A model generated the notes under the pieces. That model was not told the DNA's origin. It saw only the letters and a program-made list of their open reading frames with translations, and made no database searches. Of a stretch of DNA of 64,000 nt, positions 28,993-36,877 are shown piece after piece. Position 1 is the first letter of the stretch, and the number at the start of each line of letters is the position of its first letter. The translations under genes and the position numbers were made by a program. Source of the stretch: Phycisphaerae bacterium (GTDB lineage: Bacteria > Planctomycetota > Phycisphaerae > UBA1845); contig CAXXGO010000005.1 in the NCBI GenBank assembly GCA_963666835.2, forward strand, positions 1 to 64,000, in the 5' to 3' direction.

Positions 28993-29215
28993 GCGTTTAA
29001 GCATGAAAAAACGCCGTTTTTAGGCTCACAAACCCTGTGATTTGGATGATTACCCCTATCAGCGCAACACGTATACAACACGCACGTTTGTGCCAGGATG
29101 ACGGCATAGGGCGATGAAGACGGGACCAGCTCCGGGCAAGGGCACCAGCAGCCCCAGCCCGGGAGGGGGCACGCTCTCTTACTTCTTCTCTTCTCTCTCC
29201 TGAAAAAAAAGAGAG

Positions 29216-29341
29216 GATCGTACAGATCGTACAGCGCCGCTCTGGAGAGGGTGTTTTCGGCGTTCTTGATGCCGTCAGGGCGGTTTGGCGCTGTACGGTC
29301 GTTGGGCCCATAGAGCGTACATGGATCGTTCTCATCGTACA
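29216..29341. repeat. Cluster of (G/C)ATCGTACA-like repeats in both orientations
   Basis: GATCGTACA at 29216 and 29225, inverted TGTACGGTC at 29292, GAGCGTACA at 29313, CATCGTACA at 29333. Confidence 0.65.
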
Positions 29342-29840
29342 CCTTCGCTGGTGTTGCTCACTGTGCTGGGTTACCTGAACCGAGCACTTGAGAGCACGGT
29401 ATCGCCCGTCCGAGACTCCTCGACGTGATCGCTTTCGCCAAGGCACAGAGTCCGTAGTTAATCCGATCAGATGCCCGCTCCGCCGACTTCCCGGTCGACG
29501 CCTCTTCCAGTTACTCCGTGGTTGGCTTTCGATCCACCGAGGCTCTCCTTCGCGAGGACGTCGATCGTGGGGCGGTCGTGCCGGTGTAGTACATTTGACG
29601 GAAGGGGGGCGGGGCTTGTGGATGCGCGGATGGCAGTTGGAGCCGCTGGGGATCGAAGTTGGGTACCTGGAGGGTTCCTGAGTCAGACTCGTGGTTGGGG
29701 GGCTGGGGCTATCTCCTCTCCGCCTCGGCCGCCTTCCTGCCGATGGCCGGACTTGACTTGCCGACGTATTAGTACACAATACTCAATAGTTAACATCTGG
29801 AACTAAAAGCGCCTGTCCGAGATTACGGAGTTTGCCGGTC

Positions 29841-30191
29841 ATGGCCAAGGTCGACATCTGTAGCACACGCAAGGATTTCATCGCGGAAGTCCCTTGGGGC
29901 GATGGCGATCGTCGCTTGGTGATCGTTGAAAACTGCCATCACGGCGGGCGAGAGTACACCCATCTCCATACCTGGAACCGGCATCGGGTACATGACTGCT
30001 GGTATCCGACGAAAAGGTACTTCACGATTCCGCGGCATAACATCCGGCTGCTCGTGGACGCGCTGGTTGCAGCTCTGGGCGGTCACACCGCCGACAAGCC
30101 CGAGTGGCTCGCTTACTTTGAGTCCCAGATGGCCTGGCGGGCCGAGGTCAAGGCGATGGACCTGCTCAACAAGGTCAACGCACCGGCCTGA
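29841..30191 (+). CDS. Small protein, possible PC4/YdbC-like ssDNA-binding fold
   Basis: GREYTHLHTW...WYPTKRYFTIPRHNIRLLVDAL resembles the PC4 pattern G..Y.DIR.W...W.PTKKGITL...L..L..AL. RBS GGAG. Confidence 0.45.
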   Translation: MAKVDICSTRKDFIAEVPWGDGDRRLVIVENCHHGGREYTHLHTWNRHRVHDCWYPTKRYFTIPRHNIRLLVDALVAALGGHTADKPEWLAYFESQMAWRAEVKAMDLLNKVNAPA

Positions 30192-30322
30192 TTCAGTAGT
30201 ACTTTGCAGCTATTGCATGCCCGGAATACCCTCGATACGCTGACCTCTCATCTTCCGCGCGGCCTCGGAGGGGCTTCGTCGCCTCGCTGGGCGTGCGGTG
30301 CTCATGCTCGGAGGTCAAGGTC

Positions 30323-31585
30323 ATGTTGCGTTGCGGTTCTGTTGCTGCGGTGGTTGTGTTGTCGATGGTCTCTGGATCGGCGGGATTAGCGGCTCCGCCG
30401 GGCATGGTGCTCATTCCCAGCGGGGTGTTTGAAATGGGGTGCCACAATCCTCCCAGCCCCGACGACTGCCCCCCCGATGAGCTACCCCTGCATGCTGTCC
30501 TTGTCGACGCGTTCTACATAGACGTTTACGAGGTGACCAACGAGCAGTACACCGTTGCACTGAATTGGTGGTATGGTGAGGGATCGATCGATGATCCATC
30601 GGGCCACGACGGGATGGTACTGGACAGCGTAACCGGCACAGTCTACTGCGGCACTACAGAGAGCGTTCCGTCCTACAATCGGATCACCTGGGCCGCGGGG
30701 ACCTTCGGTGTAACCCCAGGCAACGAGGACCATCCCGTGGTAGTTGTCACTTGGCACGGGGCCGCCGCGTATGCCAATTGGAGAAGCGACCAGGAGCAGA
30801 AAGAGCGGTGCTATCCCGGCATCGACCAGGACCCTCCTGTCTGGGATTGCGATTTCGCCGCTAATGGGTATCGCCTCCCGACGGAGGCGGAATGGGAGTA
30901 TGCCGCCCGCGGTGGCAAGCACGATCCGTACTACATGTACCCATGGGGCGACGGCATCGATGGGACCATAGCAAACTATCAAACCTCAGGTGATCCGTAC
31001 GAAGACGCTGTCGAGATAGAGACAACCCCTGTTGGCTTCTATAACGGGTGTCTTCATCAGAAGGCCGATTTCAACTGGCCGGGGTCGGCGGCGACCTTTC
31101 AGACGTCGGACGGTGCCAACGACTACGGTCTTCATGACATGATCGGCAACGTCTGGGAATGGTGCAACGACTGGCACGATTCAACGTACTACGCGATTAG
31201 CCCTTGGGACAACCCGCGGGGGCCCGGAAGTGGCACGCATCATGCTCGCCGCGGCAGCACGTTTCACGGAGGTGTACCAAGCCAACGTAATGCGCGTCGC
31301 TGGAGGGGACCCGACGACACCCCATACAACAGTGTCGGGTTCCGCTTGGTCTCGACCAGGAGCCGGGGCGCCTGCTGCCTTCCCGATGACACATGCGGTG
31401 CTCATCTAACCGAAGCGGAGTGCAATACCGTCAGCGGCATCTACGAAGGCGACGGCACCCGTTGCGAGTGCGCGCCTGAACCATCTGTTCCGGCGATCTC
31501 CGGTGTCGGTCTCGGCATCATGCTCGTAGGCTTGGCGGCTGTCGGCGGTGTTGTGTTCGGTAGGTCGAAGCGTGCGGTAGCATAG
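30323..31585 (+). CDS. Secreted FGE-sulfatase (SUMF1)-domain protein with GACC repeat and IPTL-CTERM-like anchor
   Basis: Signal peptide; MVLIPSGVFEMG, YEVTNEQY, HPVVVVTW..A.AY..W, RLPTEAEWEYAARGG, GLHDMIGNVWEW, GFRLV; C-terminal VPAISGVGL + TM + basic tail. Confidence 0.85.
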   Translation: MLRCGSVAAVVVLSMVSGSAGLAAPPGMVLIPSGVFEMGCHNPPSPDDCPPDELPLHAVLVDAFYIDVYEVTNEQYTVALNWWYGEGSIDDPSGHDGMVLDSVTGTVYCGTTESVPSYNRITWAAGTFGVTPGNEDHPVVVVTWHGAAAYANWRSDQEQKERCYPGIDQDPPVWDCDFAANGYRLPTEAEWEYAARGGKHDPYYMYPWGDGIDGTIANYQTSGDPYEDAVEIETTPVGFYNGCLHQKADFNWPGSAATFQTSDGANDYGLHDMIGNVWEWCNDWHDSTYYAISPWDNPRGPGSGTHHARRGSTFHGGVPSQRNARRWRGPDDTPYNSVGFRLVSTRSRGACCLPDDTCGAHLTEAECNTVSGIYEGDGTRCECAPEPSVPAISGVGLGIMLVGLAAVGGVVFGRSKRAVA

Positions 31586-31604
31586 AGGAAAGGGGGATGA
31601 AGTA

Positions 31605-32234
31605 ATGACGCGAATCAAGATCGCTGTGGCGTTGATGGTGGTATTTTTGGCAGGCCGAGCGTCGGGACAGTGGGTACAATGGCCGGTTGCCGAAGGAGGT
31701 AACGGGCATTGGTATCGGCTGACCGAGGCGAATTCGACGTGGTACGAGGCCGAGCAGCAGGCCGTTATGGCAGGAGGACACCTCACAACAATAAACAGCG
31801 AGGAGGAAAACGACTGGCTTGTCGCGCAATTCGCAGACGCAGACTCGGTAACGCTCTGGATAGGCTTATACCAGGATCTGGATGATCCAGACTTCTCCGA
31901 ACCAGATCATGGCTGGAAGTGGATTGGAGATCCCGCACTCTGCCGCTGGGTCACAGGCAATCCGACTGAATGCTATACCAATTGGAATGGGGGCGAACCA
32001 AACAACGGCGGCGACGAGCAGGACTGTGTCTACTGGTACACTGATTCGGTACCTTCATCCGTGGGAATGTGGGACGACCAAATGTGCATCAGCACCACCC
32101 TCGCCATCATCGAGCGCGCCCCCTCTGTCCCCACCGTTTCCGAATGGGGCCTACTCGCGATGGTCCTGCTCGTGCTGACGGCCGGAACGATCGCGTTCGC
32201 CGGGAGAAAGCGATGCCACGGACAACGAGGCTGA
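31605..32234 (+). CDS. C-type lectin domain protein with IPTL-CTERM sorting signal
   Basis: GNGHWYRL...TWYEAE...GGHLTTINSEEENDWL, WIGL, YTNWNGGEPNN, WDD; C-terminal VPTVSEWGLLAMVLLVLTAGTI. Confidence 0.88.
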   Translation: MTRIKIAVALMVVFLAGRASGQWVQWPVAEGGNGHWYRLTEANSTWYEAEQQAVMAGGHLTTINSEEENDWLVAQFADADSVTLWIGLYQDLDDPDFSEPDHGWKWIGDPALCRWVTGNPTECYTNWNGGEPNNGGDEQDCVYWYTDSVPSSVGMWDDQMCISTTLAIIERAPSVPTVSEWGLLAMVLLVLTAGTIAFAGRKRCHGQRG

Positions 32235-32249
32235 CTCCGAAGATCAGTG

Positions 32250-32345
32250 ACTGGCAGATGCTGCCGCTCGGCTGTGAGCTGGGCGCGCCGGAGAGGGAGC
32301 GAGAGGTTCTTCACTGTCTGCTCGACGGGGCGAATGAGCGTGTGG
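32250..32345 (+). pseudogene. Possible degenerate fragment of a LuxR-type HTH gene
   Basis: Reads WQMLPLGCELGAPEREREVLHCLLDGANE, similar to LSLQFNLAERETDVFRAILDHADE in the LuxR ORF at 39470-39766. Confidence 0.3.
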
Positions 32346-32715
32346 CGGTGTCCTGGAACCGGACATTGCGATGTAGTGGGGCGCCCGCTGGCCGACCCAG
32401 AGGGTCGCTCGTGCCGGGCGCGGGTTGCGTCCGTACATCTTGTCATGGATATGTTGCAGTGGTTATCCGGCCTGGCGGCCTGGAACGGCCCAGAACCGGG
32501 CATTATGTTGCACTGCACGCGGACCAATATGGCCCTCGCGTCCGTCCGTGCGGTCACTAGCCTCCGCACTGCCACTCACGCTGTCTCCCTGCTTCAATCT
32601 CAGCTTGGTTTGACATCAGGAACTTGGTTTGCTAATCTGACAGCCTGTCCGCATTGGCTGAGGCCAGAGGGGGGCCATCTCGATTGTGAAGGTAGAGGAA
32701 AGGAGCTTGAGAGAG

Positions 32716-33555
32716 ATGTCAAGGGTTCAACTCTTTGTTTTGTTTGCGCCGGTATTGAGCTTTGGGTTTACTGTCTCTGCCGCGACCGTGCAGTTCGCGC
32801 CAGTGGCTTCAAACCCGGCTTTCCTGCTGGAATCTGAGAATCTCTACAATCCAGGCGGCATCGAGCGCAGTTGGTATGGACACGTCTTGACTAACGCCGG
32901 ACAACGCGACTTGGCTGGCTTCCGCCAAGAAATGTCAACGCCGGGGCGATACGGCGGCGGAGTTAACTGGGATGGCTTGCCTGACAGGTTCGAGATAGCC
33001 AACTCGATGGGTGTCCCTCTGGATGTTCTTGGCCTTCCTTCTCCTCTCCGGATCATGGCGACAACGAGCGGTGCACCCTTGACGACTGCGACGCTTACCC
33101 CCCCTGACCCCTTGCCGCATCATCCGGCGCCGACGTCGGGTGACAACATGATTGGCCGAGTCTATGAGGGTTGGTTTAGCAGCTCAGTTTCAAGAGAGTT
33201 GACGCTTGAGTTTCAGCCTGCTGGTGGTTTGAAGCTGCATGGGTTCGGAATGGTCATCGTTGACTCCGGCGCCGACAGCGGTGGGTTAACGGTCAGCTTC
33301 TACAACTCTGACACGCTGCTGGATCAGTTCTCTGCCAATGACGGTATACTTTTTCACAACCAGCCAACGAACGACAACTTTGTGGGATATTGGTCGGACA
33401 CCGAGATCACGCGAATCCACATGGAAACGAGTGGTACCGTCATCCGGGGACGATTCGACGATTTGGGGTTGGTTTTCGTTCCAGAGCCAAGCTCATTGCT
33501 GCTGCTTGGCATCGGCGGGTTGGCGGTCATCCGCCGCCGGCGCTGCCTGACCTAA
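32716..33555 (+). CDS. PEP-CTERM secreted protein
   Basis: Signal peptide ending VSA; C-terminal VPEPSSLLLLGIGGLAVIRRRR. Confidence 0.88.
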   Translation: MSRVQLFVLFAPVLSFGFTVSAATVQFAPVASNPAFLLESENLYNPGGIERSWYGHVLTNAGQRDLAGFRQEMSTPGRYGGGVNWDGLPDRFEIANSMGVPLDVLGLPSPLRIMATTSGAPLTTATLTPPDPLPHHPAPTSGDNMIGRVYEGWFSSSVSRELTLEFQPAGGLKLHGFGMVIVDSGADSGGLTVSFYNSDTLLDQFSANDGILFHNQPTNDNFVGYWSDTEITRIHMETSGTVIRGRFDDLGLVFVPEPSSLLLLGIGGLAVIRRRRCLT

Positions 33556-33765
33556 GTCTACCAGGTCTCGTCTCTCGACATTCATCACGCCGGACTCTCC
33601 GGGCGGTCGCCTATTAAAACGCGAAGCCGGCAGTATACGCTGAGGCGGACGCAGCACAGAGTGCGTCTCCAATTCCCCTGCTTAGTGGTATATAAAGGAT
33701 GTAAGGTTAATCGGAATGGCGCAATCACCGACACCGCGCTTGGCCAGGACGTCTCCCCGAAGGTG

Positions 33766-34473
33766 CTACGGGTCGCGCTTCAGTATCCGCACCACCGCCG
33801 AGTGACTCCACTGCTTCGACCTGCCCGTCTTAGTAGGGATGCCGCGTTCCGTCAGTTTTTCGGCGATGGCCACGAGGGTGTTCCCGCTCACCCGCATAGC
33901 CTGTATGTCCCGGATTACGGTCTGCTCGGGTTCGTTGGGGATGAGCGCTATCCCGTTTTCGGCCAAGTCGAAACCGTAGGGGACCGTCCCGACTCTCTGA
34001 CCGTTGGACTTCTTCACGGCCATGGCGGACTTGGTTCGCTCGCGGGTGAGGTTGCGTTCCATCTCAGCCGCTCCGGCCAGGACTACCAGCATGAACCTCC
34101 CGGCCGCGCTGGTGGTGTCGATCGCGTTCCCGCCAAGATCGACCACGTGCAGGGCGATTCCCTTCTTGTCCCAACGCTCCACGGTGTTCAGGCAGTCGCC
34201 AGCGTTCCTGAACCCTCGATCGAGCTTCAACATGACCACCGCTCCGGCACGACGCTGCCGGAGACACTCCAGAAGCCGATTCCCGCCTTCTCTGCTGGCT
34301 AACGGCTTCCCGCCCGAAACCCCGGCGTCGACGATTATCTCGGCCAGCGACAAGCCCTTGAGCGTTGCATAGGCCCTGATCCTCTCGGCCTGCGCTTCCA
34401 ACCCGAGCCCGCTACTCGCCTGCTCTTGGGTGCTGACGCGGGTGTACGCGATAGCCTTGGTATTCGTGTCCAT
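33766..34473 (-). CDS. Serine recombinase (resolvase catalytic domain + Recombinase DNA-binding domain)
   Basis: AIAYTRVSTQEQ (catalytic Ser), DAGVSG, KLDRGFR, AEMERNL..ERT, VPYGF, IAEKLTERGIPT...WSHSAV..IL. RBS GGAGGG. Confidence 0.92.
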   Translation of the reverse strand: MDTNTKAIAYTRVSTQEQASSGLGLEAQAERIRAYATLKGLSLAEIIVDAGVSGGKPLASREGGNRLLECLRQRRAGAVVMLKLDRGFRNAGDCLNTVERWDKKGIALHVVDLGGNAIDTTSAAGRFMLVVLAGAAEMERNLTRERTKSAMAVKKSNGQRVGTVPYGFDLAENGIALIPNEPEQTVIRDIQAMRVSGNTLVAIAEKLTERGIPTKTGRSKQWSHSAVVRILKRDP

Positions 34474-34491
34474 CTTCTTCCCTCCCCGGAG

Positions 34492-35187
34492 TTAGGCCGC
34501 TACCGGAACGGCAGGCGACTTGACCGGCTTGCCCTTGTATCTACGAAGCGTGTCGGGAAGCTGGTCGATAGCGTCCCGGATGTTGTTGCCCTTTAAGTCG
34601 ACTCCACACTTGCCTTGAACGTAGGAAAGGAACCGGAAACCCGGTGGAATCGGTAGGTTCGCTTCTCGCGCGATTCGCTCCAGGTGCTCAGCAACGGCCG
34701 GAGCGCTGGGTTTGCGGAACCGGAACCGGCGCCACCGACTGGCCAGTCCGTCGACTTCGCTCGCCCACGTTGTGCTTGTCGTGGTCCCGATGACGATGAC
34801 GTGATTCGGCAGATTCTCCAGAAGCCCCAGTAACAGGCGCTGGCAATCTCTATTAAGGTGTTGAATCTCATCGACAATGAAGGCGCGTCGCCCCGATCCG
34901 CCCATAGCGAAGCAATACATCGACGCTTCCAGGGCACGGAAGTCCGCAACGCACACGGACCGGCTATCGATCCGCTCGATACTCATATCGGAGCAACCAA
35001 GAGCGCGAGCGGTGACGTAGGCCGCGCTAGTCTTGCCGCAACCGGCAATCCCGTCCGACTCGAATAACCAGCGCTCGCCGCAACCCTCAAACAGCCAATC
35101 GTCCGAGCAGGCTTCCCGGATGTCGTCGATAATCGGCTGGCCGATGAAGTCTTCCCACGTTTGCGGTCGGTATCGTTCACTTAGCAT
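34492..35187 (-). CDS. Short clamp-loader-clade AAA+ ATPase (DnaX/RFC-like, no collar domain)
   Basis: ERYRPQTWEDFIGQ, Walker A GIAGCGKTS, Walker B FIVDEIQHL, LL..LE, SRW (SRC-like arginine finger), sensor 2 NIRDAI; only 231 aa. Confidence 0.82.
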   Translation of the reverse strand: MLSERYRPQTWEDFIGQPIIDDIREACSDDWLFEGCGERWLFESDGIAGCGKTSAAYVTARALGCSDMSIERIDSRSVCVADFRALEASMYCFAMGGSGRRAFIVDEIQHLNRDCQRLLLGLLENLPNHVIVIGTTTSTTWASEVDGLASRWRRFRFRKPSAPAVAEHLERIAREANLPIPPGFRFLSYVQGKCGVDLKGNNIRDAIDQLPDTLRRYKGKPVKSPAVPVAA

Positions 35188-35375
35188 GGCGTTCCCCCAA
35201 GGTAACAGGCAGTCGGGATTATCCCGGCGTAGTAGGTGTCCAAGCCGACATCGTCGGTCACGAAGTAGGCGTCCGCGTTATCGCAGTCCTCAGTCGGATC
35301 GAAGACCACGTAGACCGGTTCGTCGCTCTGGCGACTCCGGCGGATTGCTCGGCTTGTGGCCTTTGACAGTTTCAT
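35181..35375 (-). CDS. Small hypothetical protein
   Basis: 64 aa, coupled to both neighbours (TAATG overlap upstream, stop overlaps the ATPase start). Confidence 0.65.
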   Translation of the reverse strand: MKLSKATSRAIRRSRQSDEPVYVVFDPTEDCDNADAYFVTDDVGLDTYYAGIIPTACYLGGTPC

Positions 35376-35653
35376 TAGGACACCGCCTTTCTCGGATGTC
35401 CCCCGGCTTTGGCGAATTCGTAAACCTTCCGACTGCCGGTAGCGTCACAACATCGGCAGGGTGTGCCGTTCCAGCTTGCCCCATGTCCACTACAGGCAGG
35501 GCAGACGTCATCCCGCAAACGAGCGGTTTCGCAGTCGACGTGCCTTGCTCCCTGTCCGCGCTGCCAGTAAATCGAATCGCCAACGCGAATCTCACCGCCA
35601 CAATCCCGACACTTTCCGGCATACTTCGCTCTGATTCTTCTCGCGCCGATCAT
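35375..35653 (-). CDS. Small double zinc-finger-like protein
   Basis: AKYAGKCRDC...IYW...HVDC (CxxC...HxxC) followed by CPACSGHG...CRCCDATG (DnaJ-like CxxCxGxG pair). TAATG coupling. Confidence 0.7.
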   Translation of the reverse strand: MIGARRIRAKYAGKCRDCGGEIRVGDSIYWQRGQGARHVDCETARLRDDVCPACSGHGASWNGTPCRCCDATGSRKVYEFAKAGGHPRKAVS

Positions 35654-35913
35654 TACGCCACCGCCTTTCCGGAGAGAACCGTGAAGCGGTGTCGGCCTAC
35701 CGTGGCTATTTCCTGGAGATTCTCAGCGTCGATCGAACCGTCAAAACAGACGCATTGCCAGCGCACTAGCATTGCCAACGCTTCGATAGTGCATGTCACG
35801 GGTTTGAAGTCCGCCAGTCCGAACCCGTCGAAGATCGATAAGTCGTCCATGTTCAACGGCCGATCGGACCGGGCGATAGCCAATGCGGCGTCAAGGTCGA
35901 TAGCCTTCATCAT
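35653..35913 (-). CDS. Small hypothetical protein
   Basis: MMKAIDLDAALAIARS...; start overlaps the ArdC stop (ATGATG). Confidence 0.65.
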   Translation of the reverse strand: MMKAIDLDAALAIARSDRPLNMDDLSIFDGFGLADFKPVTCTIEALAMLVRWQCVCFDGSIDAENLQEIATVGRHRFTVLSGKAVA

Positions 35914-36773
35914 GCCACCGCCTTTCGGGTCTTGAGGGTCTCGACATCGTCGATAATCTCCCGCGCCGTCTTGCTGATTCGTTCGAGACTCTCGCGCAAG
36001 GCTTTCGAGTCTCCGTCCCAAAGGGCGATATAGCGACTTGCCCGGACTTCGACGTCAAGACCGAAGTGCGCACAAACCACGTAGGCGACCGATTCGGCTT
36101 CAAGCTCCGCCATATTGCGGGTTAAGGCGCCCCGATTCGTCTTGTGTAACGCTTCGTGGGCTAGCTCGTGGGCGAGCGTTTTTGCCTGTTGTCCCGTTTC
36201 GTGGGTGTTGTCGACTTCGATTGAACCGCCCTTGCTGACTCCGAAGACTCCGTCGTCAATCCGCTTGAATTCCAGGGCGATTCCGCGATTCGTGGCAACC
36301 GCTTGCAGATTGGAAAGCAGCGTATCGGCTGCAACGTCGATCGTCGGACAGTCGACGCTTGGTAGGTCTTCCCCGTCGGTTTGCGAAACGTCGAAGACAT
36401 GAACGGCACGGAAGGACACGCCGTGAACGGTCTCTTCCTCCCCGGACGCGGTTGTGACCGCTTTCGCGTAGGGACGCGGTGCGAAGATCATAATGCCGCG
36501 CTCGCCCTTGCGGACATTGCGCCGGAACTTCGTCTTCCAGGCCTTGAACCCCGCAACGCGAGACGCTCCAGGGCATTGCGATAGGATCAAGAGGGAATTG
36601 TGCCAGGAATACCGGTGAAACTTGGCTTGAATGGTCAGATAGGCTTGGAACGTCTCCGAAGCTCGAACCGCGTCAACCGCGTTTGCCAGGGTATCCAGGC
36701 TCTTATCGATTGTCTCGCGGAGTCGCTTCGCCTTGTCCTTCGTCGATTCTCTTGCTACAGTTTCCATCGTCAT
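35910..36773 (-). CDS. ardC: ArdC-like antirestriction protein (ssDNA-binding DUF1738 domain + HExxH metallopeptidase-like domain)
   Basis: FHRYSWHNSLLI..Q.P.A..VAGFKAW....R.VRKGE.GI.I.AP, VFDVSQTDG, TLAHELAHEALH, ELEAESVAYVVC. RBS TAAGGAG before ATG 36773. Confidence 0.85.
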   Translation of the reverse strand: MTMETVARESTKDKAKRLRETIDKSLDTLANAVDAVRASETFQAYLTIQAKFHRYSWHNSLLILSQCPGASRVAGFKAWKTKFRRNVRKGERGIMIFAPRPYAKAVTTASGEEETVHGVSFRAVHVFDVSQTDGEDLPSVDCPTIDVAADTLLSNLQAVATNRGIALEFKRIDDGVFGVSKGGSIEVDNTHETGQQAKTLAHELAHEALHKTNRGALTRNMAELEAESVAYVVCAHFGLDVEVRASRYIALWDGDSKALRESLERISKTAREIIDDVETLKTRKAVA

Positions 36774-36848
36774 TAGCTCCTTAGTAGCTAGTGGCCACGG
36801 TCCCGGATGTTGGTAGCATCGCGGGACCACTTGTCATTCCACACCCTC

Positions 36849-36877
36849 ATTATGACACACGTTTGACGCAAAGGCAA
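36849..36877 (-). promoter_or_regulatory. Sigma70-type promoter for the ardC operon
   Basis: TTGCCT - 17 nt - CATAAT with extended -10 TG, about 75 nt upstream of the ardC start. Confidence 0.65.

Noticed and set aside
28940..29020. Complete tRNA-Arg gene
   Set aside because: No D arm or acceptor 5' strand, and the anticodon stem does not pair fully.
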